This document shows positions 21,272 to 30,896 of a stretch of 64,000 nucleotides of DNA, in pieces; the stretch's first letter is position 1, and every line of letters begins with the position of its first letter. The notes beneath the pieces are model-generated. The model worked only from the letters and a program-made list of their open reading frames with translations. It was not told the DNA's origin and did no database searches. Source of the stretch: Thermoanaerobaculia bacterium (lineage in GTDB: Bacteria; Acidobacteriota; Thermoanaerobaculia; Gp7-AA8); contig DASYGV010000008.1 in assembly GCA_035999335.1 (NCBI GenBank), positions 3,700 through 67,699 of the forward strand. The letters run 5' to 3'. A program made the translations under genes and the position numbers.

Positions 21272-21328
21272 GACGGATAGGACGCATAGGACCTATAGGT
21301 CTTACTCGTCCTATTCGTCCTATTATCC
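21268..21328. repeat. nonamer-periodic palindromic element (ATAGGACNN / NNGTCCTAT family), copy 1
   Basis: ataggacgg ataggacgc ataggacct ataggtctt actcgtcct attcgtcct attatcc. The left and right halves are imperfect reverse complements. The TAG stop of the VWA gene lies inside the first unit. Confidence 0.8.
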
Positions 21329-21336
21329 GCGCGCGC

Positions 21337-24300
21337 ATGGATCGCAACGATGCCCTGATCTCGGAGCTGCGCGCGCGCGTGCACCGCGCGTCCTTCTTTC
21401 CGAAGCTCACCTCGGCCGACTCACGCCTCGACGTCACCGGCGCGACGGTCGAAGCGCGCGCACTGCTCATCGCCGCGCTGCAGGATCGGGATCGTCGCCC
21501 GATCGCGGTCATCACGGCGGGCGATGCAGCGGTCGCGGACTTCGACACCGCGTTGCGTCTTTTCCATCGCGAGCCGGACCGCGTTTCGGTCTATCCCGCG
21601 CCATCGCTCTCGCCGTATCAGGATGTCGCGCCGTCGCTCGGCGTCGTCCGCGATGAGATCCATGCCCTCGGCATGCTCATCGACGGCGCGGTGGACGTGC
21701 TCGTCGTCCCCTCGCGCGCGCTCTTCCAGCGGCTTCCCCGCGCGGAGGACTTTCGCGAGCGCATCCTACGGATGGCCGATGGCGACGACCTCGACATGCA
21801 CTCGCTCCTGCAGCAACTCGTCGAGAACGGCTTCGTGCGCACGGACCTCGTCGGCGAGGCCGGCGAGTTCGCGTTCCGAGGCGGGATCCTCGACGTGTTT
21901 CCGCCGAACCTCGCGCAGCCGATGCGCGTGGAGCTTTTCGGCGACACGATCGACTCGCTGCGCTGGTTCGACGTCGAGACCCAGCGCTCCGAGGAGCCGA
22001 GCGGCGCGATCACGATCTATCCGATCACGCAGTTTCCTGTCACGAAAGAGACTCGGCAGAAACTCGCGAAACGCATCTCCCTCGACTTCATGGATCCGCA
22101 CTTCAAACGCGACGTGGCGGACAAGATCGAGAAGCTCCAGGAAAACGGGACCTTTCCCGGCATCGAGCACTACGTGCCGGTGGCGATGGAGAGTGCGACG
22201 TTCGCGGACTACATCCGCGACTGGGACCTGATCCTCATCGAGCCCGACCAGATCACGACGACGATCGCGCGGTACGAGAGTCTGTTGCGCAACGAATACG
22301 AGATCGCGGCAGAAAAAGGACGCGCGGTGTATGCGCCGGAGAGGCTGGGCCTGTCGGGAACGGAGATCCTGCCGTTCATCGGCAAGGCGCGGCTGGGCTT
22401 CAGCGAGGTGCACATTCGTTCATCCTCGTCACTAGTCGAGCTTCACGTCGGCACCCACCCCACCGATCGCTATGCGAACCGCCTCAGCGAGTTCCCCGCG
22501 GACGTGCTACGCAACGAGCTGCAACAGATCTTCTTCACCGCCACGAAGGGCGGCCGCGAGAAGATCGAGCGCCTCCTCAAGGAATTCAGCGTGCCGTTCT
22601 CCGAGGATCGCATCGGCGCCGACCTGACGATCACGCCGGGCAACATCGCGCGCGGCTTCACCTTCGACGAGCTCGGCGTCGTCGCTTATTCGGAATGGGA
22701 CCTCTTCGAGCCGCCGACGTCGACGCGCATCGGTAGCCGCAGGAAGAAGTCTGACGCATTCGTCTCCGATCTCCGCGATCTCAAGACCGGCGACTACATC
22801 GTTCACGTCGATCACGGTGTCGGACGCTTCCTCGGACTGCAGCGCATCCCGTTCGGCGACACCGAGCGCGAGGTGATGCAGATCGAGTACGGCGGCGGCG
22901 GCAAGCTGCTGATGCCGATGGAGAACCTGAACCTCATCCAGCGCTTCACCGCGGGTGAGGAGGCGCAGCCGCAGCTCGACAAGCTCGGCGGCACGAGCTG
23001 GGGACGCAAGAAAGCGTCGGTCAAGAAGGCCATGCGCGACATGGCCGACGAGCTCCTCAAGCTCTACGCGACGCGGCGCATGGTCCACGGCCACGCGTTC
23101 GCGAAGGACTCGCCGTGGCAGTTCGACTTCGAGGACGCGTTCGAGTTCGACGAGACCGACGATCAGATGACGGCCATCGAAGATGTGAAGAGCGACATGG
23201 AGTCGCGCAAGCCGATGGACCGCCTCCTGTGCGGCGACGTCGGCTACGGCAAAACCGAGGTCGCGATGCGGGCGGCGTTCAAGTCGGTGATGGACGGCAA
23301 GCAGGTCGCGGTGCTCGCGCCGACGACGGTCCTCACCTTCCAGCACTACCGCACGTTCCTCCGCCGCTTCGCGTCGTTCCCGGTCACGATCGAGCTGCTC
23401 ACGCGCTACTACTCCGCGAAGGAGCTGAAGGAGATCCTGAAGAAGGTCGAGACGGGCGAGATCGACGTGATCGTCGGCACGCACCGCCTGTTGTCGAAGG
23501 ACGTCGCGTGGAAAGACCTCGGCCTCGTCGTCATCGACGAGGAGCAGCGCTTCGGCGTGGCGCAGAAGGAGCGGCTGAAGGCGATCAAGAAAAGCGTCGA
23601 CGTGCTGGCGATGTCGGCGACGCCGATCCCGCGCACCTTGCACATGTCGCTCGTCGGAATCCGCGACATCTCGGTAATCGAGACACCGCCGAAGGACCGT
23701 CTCGCGATCCAGACCGCGGTCGTGCCGTTCGACGACGAGTTCATCCGCGAGGCGATCGAGTTCGAGGTCGGCCGCGGCGGGCAGGTGTTCTTCGTCCATA
23801 ACCGCGTGGAGTCAATCTACGCGATGAAGGAGATGCTCGAGAGGATCGTGCCCGGGCTGCGCGTGATCGTCGGGCATGGGCAGATGGACGAGCGCGAGCT
23901 CGAGCGGGCGATGCTCGCGTTCATCAACCGCGAATACGATCTGCTCCTGGCGACGACGATCATCGAGAACGGCATCGACATCCCCGCGTGCAACACGATC
24001 CTCATCAATCACGCGGAGCGCTTCGGGCTGTCGCAGCTCTACCAGTTGCGCGGACGCGTCGGCCGCAGCGACCGTCTCGCGTTCTGTTATCTGCTCGTCC
24101 CCTCGGACCGCGTGCTCTCGGCGGACGCGCGCAAGCGCCTCGCGGCGATTCAGGAGTTCTCCGATCTCGGCGCGGGCTTCCGCATCGCCGCGCGCGACCT
24201 CGAGATCCGCGGAGCCGGCAACATCCTCGGCGGCGAGCAGTCCGGCCAGATCGCCGCCGTCGGCTTCGAGATGTACACGAAGCTGCTCGAGGAGACCGTG

Positions 24301-24765
24301 CGCGAGATGAAGGGCGAGAAGATCGAGGAGGAGGTCGAGACCTCGATGAACCTCGGCGTCGACATCTACATCCCTCGCGAGTACATCGGCGACGAGAACC
24401 TGCGCATGACTTTCTACAAGAAGATCGCCTCGGCCTCGACCGAGGAGCGGCTGACGGACATCCGCAACGAGATGCGCGACCGCTTCGGCGCTCTGCCACA
24501 GAACGTCGACGCGCTGCTGCACTTCGTGAAGGTGAAGTGGCGCGCGAAGCAGCTCGGAGTGCTGTCGGTCGTCCGCGAAGGCGCGCGTGCTGTCATGAAG
24601 CTCACGCCGCACGCGAAGGTCGATCCGAACAAGCTGCTGGTGTTTCTCAGTGAGAACCCGCAGGCGAAATTCTCGCCGAACGGCGTACTGTCGTTCCCGC
24701 TGCGCGAGCACGGCATGGAGGTGATCGACGCGGTGGAGCAGGTTCTTCACGCAATCGCGGCGTAG
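21337..24765 (+). CDS. mfd: transcription-repair coupling factor
   Basis: 1142 aa. DYIVHVDHGVGRFLG (CarD-like RNAP-interaction domain). SF2 motifs GDVGYGKTEVA, DEEQRFGV and QLRGRVGRS. Confidence 0.95.
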   Translation: MDRNDALISELRARVHRASFFPKLTSADSRLDVTGATVEARALLIAALQDRDRRPIAVITAGDAAVADFDTALRLFHREPDRVSVYPAPSLSPYQDVAPSLGVVRDEIHALGMLIDGAVDVLVVPSRALFQRLPRAEDFRERILRMADGDDLDMHSLLQQLVENGFVRTDLVGEAGEFAFRGGILDVFPPNLAQPMRVELFGDTIDSLRWFDVETQRSEEPSGAITIYPITQFPVTKETRQKLAKRISLDFMDPHFKRDVADKIEKLQENGTFPGIEHYVPVAMESATFADYIRDWDLILIEPDQITTTIARYESLLRNEYEIAAEKGRAVYAPERLGLSGTEILPFIGKARLGFSEVHIRSSSSLVELHVGTHPTDRYANRLSEFPADVLRNELQQIFFTATKGGREKIERLLKEFSVPFSEDRIGADLTITPGNIARGFTFDELGVVAYSEWDLFEPPTSTRIGSRRKKSDAFVSDLRDLKTGDYIVHVDHGVGRFLGLQRIPFGDTEREVMQIEYGGGGKLLMPMENLNLIQRFTAGEEAQPQLDKLGGTSWGRKKASVKKAMRDMADELLKLYATRRMVHGHAFAKDSPWQFDFEDAFEFDETDDQMTAIEDVKSDMESRKPMDRLLCGDVGYGKTEVAMRAAFKSVMDGKQVAVLAPTTVLTFQHYRTFLRRFASFPVTIELLTRYYSAKELKEILKKVETGEIDVIVGTHRLLSKDVAWKDLGLVVIDEEQRFGVAQKERLKAIKKSVDVLAMSATPIPRTLHMSLVGIRDISVIETPPKDRLAIQTAVVPFDDEFIREAIEFEVGRGGQVFFVHNRVESIYAMKEMLERIVPGLRVIVGHGQMDERELERAMLAFINREYDLLLATTIIENGIDIPACNTILINHAERFGLSQLYQLRGRVGRSDRLAFCYLLVPSDRVLSADARKRLAAIQEFSDLGAGFRIAARDLEIRGAGNILGGEQSGQIAAVGFEMYTKLLEETVREMKGEKIEEEVETSMNLGVDIYIPREYIGDENLRMTFYKKIASASTEERLTDIRNEMRDRFGALPQNVDALLHFVKVKWRAKQLGVLSVVREGARAVMKLTPHAKVDPNKLLVFLSENPQAKFSPNGVLSFPLREHGMEVIDAVEQVLHAIAA

Positions 24766-24868
24766 CCGCGGAGCGCCGGCTTCCTAGCCGGCCGCTACGC
24801 CGGCATCTTGCCGGCATGCCCGCCTGGAAGACGGCGTAGCGGCCGGCTGGAAGCCGGCGCTCCGCGGC
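24765..24868. repeat. long GC-rich hairpin (about 37-nt arms) directly after the mfd stop
   Basis: gccgcggagcgccggcttcctagccggccgctacgccg pairs with cggcgtagcggccggctggaagccggcgctccgcggc (one 1-nt indel). It shares the GGAGCGCCGGC lead-in with the element at 42760. Confidence 0.7.
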
Positions 24869-24869
24869 A

Positions 24870-25790
24870 GTGCTAAACTTCGCCGCGCCCGTGCTCGCCC
24901 GCCGCGTCGCAATCCTTTTGCTCGCTTCCCTCTCGCTGCTTGCCGCCTGCAAGCGTAAGCCGTCCATTCCGCCGGACGTGATCGTGCGCGTCAACGAACG
25001 GATGCTCACGCTCGAGGACTTCAAGCGCTACCTCGACCGCAACGCCGGCGCCGAGCTCGCGCAGGTCACGCCGGAGGTCGCGAGCGCGATGCTCGACCAG
25101 TACGTCGAGGAGGTCATCATCTCCGAATACGCGGCCTCGCACGGCGTCGAAGTCCCAAGCGAGAAGATCGCCGAGGCGGTTCGCACCGAGGCCGGGGCGA
25201 CCGTCATCGAAAAACGCGACGAGATGCGCCGCCAGCGGCTGATCACGAACCTCAGCGCCGAGATCCCCGAGCCCTCGGATGCCGAGGTGCAGAACTACTA
25301 TCAGGAGCACCAAAGCGAGTTCCGGAGCGGCGAAGAAGTGCGCGTCCGCCAGATCCTGGTCAACGACGAAGCGGTCGCGAAGGACATCGTCCAGAAGCTG
25401 AAGAGCGGCTCGTCGTTCGAGGAGCTCTCGACGCAGTTCTCGCGCGCTCCGAACGCCAAGCGCGGCGGCGAGATCGGATTCGTCAGCCGCGGTGACTTGC
25501 CGAAGATGTTCGAGGACGAAATCTTCCGGCTGCGGGCCGGGCAGATCAGCGACGTCATCCGCACGGATTCCACCTTTCACATCTTCCGAGTCGACGAGCG
25601 CCGTCCGCCGGGGATGCTCGGCGTTCAGGCCGCCACGCCGCTCATCCAGGCCCGCCTACGCGAAGACGCCGTCCGCGAGCGCATGGCGCAGCTGGTCGGC
25701 TCCAGCCGCCGGGAGATGACCCTCGCCGTTCTGACGAGGCGCCTCCCCTTCCGCTACTCCGGAGGCCTCCCCAAGGCGGAAGACGAATAA
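24870..25790 (+). CDS. parvulin-type peptidyl-prolyl isomerase lipoprotein (PrsA/SurA-like)
   Basis: GTG start. Lipobox SLLAAC. PpiC domain: VRVRQILV, GGEIGFVSRGDL, FHIFRV. Confidence 0.8.
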   Translation: MLNFAAPVLARRVAILLLASLSLLAACKRKPSIPPDVIVRVNERMLTLEDFKRYLDRNAGAELAQVTPEVASAMLDQYVEEVIISEYAASHGVEVPSEKIAEAVRTEAGATVIEKRDEMRRQRLITNLSAEIPEPSDAEVQNYYQEHQSEFRSGEEVRVRQILVNDEAVAKDIVQKLKSGSSFEELSTQFSRAPNAKRGGEIGFVSRGDLPKMFEDEIFRLRAGQISDVIRTDSTFHIFRVDERRPPGMLGVQAATPLIQARLREDAVRERMAQLVGSSRREMTLAVLTRRLPFRYSGGLPKAEDE

Positions 25791-25842
25791 ATCGTTTCGG
25801 AACTTGTTCTGCTGGCTACCCGTCTCACCTCGAGGCACCATC

Positions 25843-26829
25843 ATGAAAAAAATCATTCTGATTCTCGTCCTGGCGCTGAGCACGTTCAGTGCGTCCGCCG
25901 CACAGATCCTCGAAGGCATCGTCGTCCGCGTCGGTGACCGCATCATCACGCGCACGCAGTACGAACGCCGCCTCCGCGACATCTTCACGGAGATCGAGGC
26001 CGCCAACCGGCCTGCCGAACAGGCAGCCGAAGCCCGCGAGACCGCGCGCAAGAACCTCGTCAATGAGCTGATCAGCGAGCTGCTCATCAAAGACCGCGCC
26101 GACCGCCTCGGTCTGAGCGTCACCGACGCCGAGGTCAAGGACGCCGTCACGCGCCTCAAGCAGCAGTACGGCATCTCCACTGACGAGCAATTCAACTCAT
26201 CGCTCCAGCAGTCCGGCCTCACCCGCCCCGAGATGGAAGCGCGCCTCCGCGACACGCTGATCACCAACAAAGTGTTCAGCCGCGAGCTCCGCAACCGCAA
26301 CGAGCTCACCGACCCCGAGCTCCGCGACCGCTACAACCGCGAAAAGGACCAGTATCGCCTTCCGGAGCGCGCACACCTGCGCGAGATCGTCGTGCTGAAG
26401 CCCGACACGAGCGACACGGCGAAGATCGAGGAAGCACGCCAGCGGGCGACCGAGATCGGTGAAGCGGCCCGCAAGCCAGGCACCGACTTCGCCAACCTCG
26501 CCTCGACGATGTCCGACTCCAGCACCCGCGAAAAGGGCGGCGACCTCGGCGAGATCGCGAAGGGCGACCTCGTCCCCGATCTCGACAAGGCGGTTTTCGC
26601 CGCGCCATCCGGCTCGATCATCGGACCGATCGAGTCGAAGTCCGCATGGCACGTCGTGCGCGTCGAACAACGTCTTCCCTCCGAAGTGCCGGCGTTCGAG
26701 TCGGTCAAAGACCGCCTCCGCAAGGACGCGAGCGAGGAGACGTTCCAGCGCGACTACAAGACCTACATCGAGAACCTGCGCAAGGACGCCTTCATCCAGA
26801 TCAACGAAGAGATGATCCCGAAGGGATAG
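25843..26829 (+). CDS. SurA-like periplasmic chaperone/PPIase
   Basis: ORF trimmed to MKKIILILVLALSTFSASAAQ. SurA-N-like region (RVGDRIITRTQYERR) plus a parvulin domain (GGDLGEIAKGDL, WHVVRVEQR). Confidence 0.8.
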   Translation: MKKIILILVLALSTFSASAAQILEGIVVRVGDRIITRTQYERRLRDIFTEIEAANRPAEQAAEARETARKNLVNELISELLIKDRADRLGLSVTDAEVKDAVTRLKQQYGISTDEQFNSSLQQSGLTRPEMEARLRDTLITNKVFSRELRNRNELTDPELRDRYNREKDQYRLPERAHLREIVVLKPDTSDTAKIEEARQRATEIGEAARKPGTDFANLASTMSDSSTREKGGDLGEIAKGDLVPDLDKAVFAAPSGSIIGPIESKSAWHVVRVEQRLPSEVPAFESVKDRLRKDASEETFQRDYKTYIENLRKDAFIQINEEMIPKG

Positions 26830-26891
26830 GACCTATAGGACGAATGGGACTGATAGGACCTATTCGTCCTGTTCGTCTTATTCGTCCTATC
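26826..26891. repeat. nonamer-periodic palindromic element, copy 2
   Basis: ataggacct ataggacga atgggactg ataggacct attcgtcct gttcgtctt attcgtcct atc. The TAG stop of the SurA-like gene is inside the first unit. Confidence 0.8.
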
Positions 26892-27003
26892 TACCTCTCG
26901 TATCTCAACTGCACAAGTTTCGTTGCCCTCGGATAGCGCTGATCACCCTCGCCGGTAGATTCCGGCCGAACCCTTGACACAGCCACCTTAAAGTTGCTTC
27001 GTC

Positions 27004-27714
27004 ATGATCGAAGCAGCCATCCGCGCGATCCGCAACGCGCGCCCCCGCAACGTCGTCGTCTTCACCGGCGCGGGCGTATCCGCCGACAGCGGCATCCCCA
27101 CCTTCCGCGGTCCCGGGGGTCTCTGGCGCGACTTCCGACCGGAGGAGCTCGCGACGCCGGAAGCTTTCCGCCGCGATCCGAAGCTCGTGTGGGAGTGGTA
27201 CGAGTGGCGCCGCGATCTCATTCGCAACGCGAAGCCGAACGCCGCTCACGAGGCCATCGCTCGTCTTCCCGACGCGGTCGTGGTCACACAGAACGTGGAC
27301 AACCTTCACGCGCGCGCGGGCTCACTCGACGTCATCGAGCTCCACGGCAACATCTTCCGCGTGCGCTGTACGCGCGAACAGACGACGCACGTGCGCGACG
27401 AGCCCTTCGCGCAGGTTCCACCGTCGTGCGACTGCGGTGCGCTGCTCCGCCCCGACGTCGTCTGGTTCGGTGAGGCTCTGCCGCCGCACGCGGTCGCGCG
27501 CGCCGTCGGCGCGATCCGCGCTGCCGATCTCCTCCTCGTCATCGGCACCTCCGGCGTCGTCTATCCCGCCGCGGGCTTCGTGAGCATGCACGAAGGGCTG
27601 TCGATCGAGATCAACCCCGAGGCCAGCGGCGTCAGCTCTGCCTGCAAATTCGCGATCGCCGAGCGCGCCGCGGTCGCGACCCCGAAGCTCATCGAAGCAA
27701 TCCTGGAGGCATGA
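27004..27714 (+). CDS. cobB: NAD-dependent protein deacylase (Sir2 family)
   Basis: FTGAGVSADSGIPTFRG, TQNVDNLH, ELHGN, VVWFGE. Confidence 0.9.
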   Translation: MIEAAIRAIRNARPRNVVVFTGAGVSADSGIPTFRGPGGLWRDFRPEELATPEAFRRDPKLVWEWYEWRRDLIRNAKPNAAHEAIARLPDAVVVTQNVDNLHARAGSLDVIELHGNIFRVRCTREQTTHVRDEPFAQVPPSCDCGALLRPDVVWFGEALPPHAVARAVGAIRAADLLLVIGTSGVVYPAAGFVSMHEGLSIEINPEASGVSSACKFAIAERAAVATPKLIEAILEA

Positions 27715-28385
27715 CCATGTATCTCATCCGCGATATCCCCGCCGACATTCGTCCCCGCGAACGGCTGCTCGCCCATGGCGCCGGGACGCTCTCCGATTCC
27801 GAGTTGCTCGCGATCATTCTCGGGACCGGCGCACCGGGCAAGAACGCCATCCAGCTGGCGCGCGAGCTCCTCCTCAGCGGGATGACCGACCTTCGCCATC
27901 GTCACGCCTCGAAGCTGTCGAAGGTGCGCGGCGTCGGCCCGGCGAAGGCTGCTCGAATCGCGGCCGTGTTCGAGATCGCGCATCGCCTCGCTCTCGACAC
28001 TCCGACAGAAAAATCACGTTTCGACGCGACGATCCTGGGGCCGAAGCTCGTCAGTGGATGGGGTCATCATCCGCAGGAGCGGATGGGCGCCGTGTTGCTC
28101 GACTCGAAGCATCGTCTCGGCCGCCAGAAGGAGATCTTCGTCGGCCTGAAGGACAGGGCGCTCGTGTCGCCCGGCGAGATCATGCGCTTCGCGCTGATCG
28201 ATGGCGCGGCCGCGGTGGTCGTCTTTCACAACCATCCGTCCGGAGATCCGACGCCTTCGTTGGAAGACGTCACTTTCACCACGAGGCTGAAGGAATCGCT
28301 CGGGATGATCGACATCGAGCTCGTCGATCACCTCGTGCTCAGCACGCACCGATTCCTCTCGATGAAACAGAGAGGGGACATCTGA
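27711..28385 (+). CDS. radC: RadC-family JAB/MPN-domain protein
   Basis: PRERLL and SDSELLAIILGTG N-terminus. HNHPSGDPTPSLEDV JAMM motif. ATGA overlap with cobB. Confidence 0.9.
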   Translation: MTMYLIRDIPADIRPRERLLAHGAGTLSDSELLAIILGTGAPGKNAIQLARELLLSGMTDLRHRHASKLSKVRGVGPAKAARIAAVFEIAHRLALDTPTEKSRFDATILGPKLVSGWGHHPQERMGAVLLDSKHRLGRQKEIFVGLKDRALVSPGEIMRFALIDGAAAVVVFHNHPSGDPTPSLEDVTFTTRLKESLGMIDIELVDHLVLSTHRFLSMKQRGDI

Positions 28386-28405
28386 TCGTGCTCGCTGTCG
28401 TGGAA

Positions 28406-29374
28406 TTAGGTCGCTGCGAGCGCCGGCTTCCGCGCTTCCGCCTCGTGCTCGACGTAAACCGGCGTGAGCCAGTTGTATCGGTCCGGAATCTCTCCGCCGA
28501 TGTACGCGAAGAACTCCTTCTGAAGGCGCTCGGTGATCGGTCCGCGTCTGCCGTTGCCGACTTTGATACGGTCGATCGAGCGAATTGGAGTGACCTCGGC
28601 CGCGGTCCCGGTGAAGAACACCTCGTCCGCGATGTACAGCATCTCGCGCGGGATGAGCCCCTCCACGACCTCGTATCCGAACTCCTTCGCGATCGTGATG
28701 ATGCTGTTCCGCGTAATGCCGCCGAGAATCGACGAGCCGAGGGGCGGGGTGAAGATCTTTCCGTCGCGGATGACGAAGATGTTTTCGCCGGAGCCTTCGC
28801 TGACGTACCCGTTGACGTCGAGCGCGATGCCCTCGGAGTAGCCGTCGATCGCCGCTTCCTGACGGATCAGGATCGAGTTCATGTAGTTGCCCGTCGCCTT
28901 GGCCAGCGCGGGAAACGTGTTCGGGGCCATGCGGTTCCACGACGAGACGCGCACGTCCACGCCCTGTTCGATCGCCTCGGGGCCGAGGTACTTGCCCCAT
29001 CGCCACGCGCCGATGACGACGTCGACCGGGCAAGCTCCGGGGAAGACGCCGAGAGAGTGATAGCCGCGATAGACGACCGGGCGGAGGTAGCAGTCCTCGA
29101 ACTCGTTCGCGCGGACTATCTCGGCGCACGCACTGTTGATCTCGTCAGGTGTGTACGGCAGATCCATGCGATAGATCTTGCTGCTGTCGAACAGACGGCG
29201 GGTATGGTCCTGCAGGCGGAAGATCGCCGGCCCTCGTTTCGTGTTGTAGCAGCGGATGCCTTCGAACAGTCCCGAGCCGTAGTGAACGGCGTGCGTGAAG
29301 ACGTGGATTTTGGCGTCGGCGAAGTCGACCAGCCGGCCGTTCATCCAGACTTTTTTGACTTCTTCGAATGGCAT
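28406..29374 (-). CDS. ilvE: branched-chain amino acid aminotransferase
   Basis: Fold-type IV aminotransferase features: HYGSGLFEGIRCY, SEGSGENIFV, LGGITR. Confidence 0.9.
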   Translation of the reverse strand: MPFEEVKKVWMNGRLVDFADAKIHVFTHAVHYGSGLFEGIRCYNTKRGPAIFRLQDHTRRLFDSSKIYRMDLPYTPDEINSACAEIVRANEFEDCYLRPVVYRGYHSLGVFPGACPVDVVIGAWRWGKYLGPEAIEQGVDVRVSSWNRMAPNTFPALAKATGNYMNSILIRQEAAIDGYSEGIALDVNGYVSEGSGENIFVIRDGKIFTPPLGSSILGGITRNSIITIAKEFGYEVVEGLIPREMLYIADEVFFTGTAAEVTPIRSIDRIKVGNGRRGPITERLQKEFFAYIGGEIPDRYNWLTPVYVEHEAEARKPALAAT

Positions 29375-29499
29375 GAGACCTCCTGGTCGGGCGCGGCGGG
29401 ACTCGTTGGAGTCGAAGGATGGACTTCGGCCGGAGTATAGGTGCCGTTCTTTTGCAGTGTCAAATGCGAGAACGCTGCCGATAAGATCGCTTTCGGAAT

Positions 29500-30282
29500 A
29501 TGGAACTGCGAGGCAAAAACGTCGTCATCACCGGGGCTTCGAGCGGCATCGGGCGAGCCACCGCGCTCGAGATGGCCCGCCGCGGAGCGAACGTCGTTCT
29601 CGCCGCGCGCCGCGCCAATCGGCTCGAGCAAGTAGCCGCCGAATGCCGCGCGTTGGGAGTGAACGCCATCACTGTTCCGACGGACGTCGCGAACGCGGCG
29701 GAGTGTCGCCGTCTGATCGATACCGCCGGCGAAGTCGACGTGCTCGTGAACAACGCAGGCTTCGCGATCTTCTCCTCGATCCCTGATGCAAACGCGAACG
29801 AGGCTCGGGCAATGATCGAGACCAACTACTTGGGCGCGTTCCACTGCACGCAGGCCGTGTTGCCGCGGATGCTCGCGCGGCGCAGCGGCACGATCGTGAA
29901 CATTTCGTCGATCACAGGATTGATGGGGTTCGCGCGCATGAGCGCGTACTGCGCGAGCAAGTTCGCGCTGACGGGGTTTACCGAAGGCTTGCGCGACGAG
30001 GTGATCGGCAGCGGTGTGCATGTTGCACTGGTGTGCCCCGGAACGACGGACACGGAATTCTTCGTCAAAGCCGAGCGAGGTAAGATGCCCGGCGCTTCGC
30101 GACTGATGCTCGCCGTCAAACCGGAACGTGTTGCACGCGCGGTGTGCGACGCGGCCGAGGACGGCCGCTATCGCCGCATCCTGCCGATCCTCGCCGCCAC
30201 CTACATGCGCATGAAAGAAGTGTTTCCTCGTCTCGCACACCTACTCTTCCGCAAGGTCTCCGCGCTCATGGAGCGCAGATGA
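29500..30282 (+). CDS. SDR-family oxidoreductase
   Basis: ITGASSGIG, NNAG, YCASK. Confidence 0.85.
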   Translation: MELRGKNVVITGASSGIGRATALEMARRGANVVLAARRANRLEQVAAECRALGVNAITVPTDVANAAECRRLIDTAGEVDVLVNNAGFAIFSSIPDANANEARAMIETNYLGAFHCTQAVLPRMLARRSGTIVNISSITGLMGFARMSAYCASKFALTGFTEGLRDEVIGSGVHVALVCPGTTDTEFFVKAERGKMPGASRLMLAVKPERVARAVCDAAEDGRYRRILPILAATYMRMKEVFPRLAHLLFRKVSALMERR

Positions 30283-30896
30283 ACAATCGACGCCACTGGA
30301 GCCGCACGCCGGCGACCACAGTCCTGATCGCTCTGATCCTTATCGCATTCGGACTGGAGGTCGTCGGGATTCCGTTGACCGCGATGTTCTGCAACTTCGC
30401 GCCGCTCGTAAAAAAAGAGCCCTGGCGGTTGGTGACCTCGATGTTTCTCCACGCCGGAGCGCTGCATCTGGTCGTGAACCTGGTCGCGTTGTTTCAGCTG
30501 GGCCGGTTTTACGAGCTCATGTTCGGTACGAGACGCTTTCTGCTGATCTACTTCGCCTCGGGCCTGATCGCGTCTCTTGCAAGCGCATGGTGGAACCAGG
30601 GCCCGTCCGTCGGCGCCAGCGGCGCGATCTTCGGAATCCTCGGCGCGATGATCTTCTCGATCCGGCGCTCACCCCGATGGAGAAACGACCCTTTCGGCCG
30701 CAGCATCGTCACTCAAGGCGTGTTCCTGATCCTCGCGAATCTCGTCATCACCTGGACGGTTCCGCAGATCGACAAGGCCGGCCACATCGGTGGCCTGGTC
30801 GCCGGGCTTCTGCTGGGCGCTCTCCTGCCGCAGAAGCCTGAGCCGCCACGCCCACCCGCGCAGGTGGTGATCGACGTGCAGCCTCACGACGTCTGA
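30279..30896 (+). CDS. rhomboid-family intramembrane serine protease
   Basis: ORF trimmed to ATG 30279 (ATGA overlap with the SDR gene). GASGAIFGILGA (GxSG) and GHIGGLVAG (catalytic His). Confidence 0.85.
   Translation: MNNRRHWSRTPATTVLIALILIAFGLEVVGIPLTAMFCNFAPLVKKEPWRLVTSMFLHAGALHLVVNLVALFQLGRFYELMFGTRRFLLIYFASGLIASLASAWWNQGPSVGASGAIFGILGAMIFSIRRSPRWRNDPFGRSIVTQGVFLILANLVITWTVPQIDKAGHIGGLVAGLLLGALLPQKPEPPRPPAQVVIDVQPHDV

Noticed and set aside
21268-21328. Nonamer repeat arrays (also 26826-26891 and 60259-60316) as mini-CRISPR arrays
   Set aside because: The units are 9 nt, contiguous and palindromic as a whole. There are no 25-40 nt unique spacers, and no cas genes occur in the window.
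22507-23799. 430-aa minus-strand ORF inside mfd
   Set aside because: Antisense shadow of a gene with unambiguous Mfd helicase motifs.
27004-28385. Sir2 + JAB (cobB-radC, ATGA overlap) as a defence pair
   Set aside because: Both proteins have the size and motifs of the housekeeping CobB deacylase and RadC. No sensor or effector extras are present, and the neighbours are core genes (SurA-like, ilvE). The coupling is noted, but there is no basis for calling it a system.
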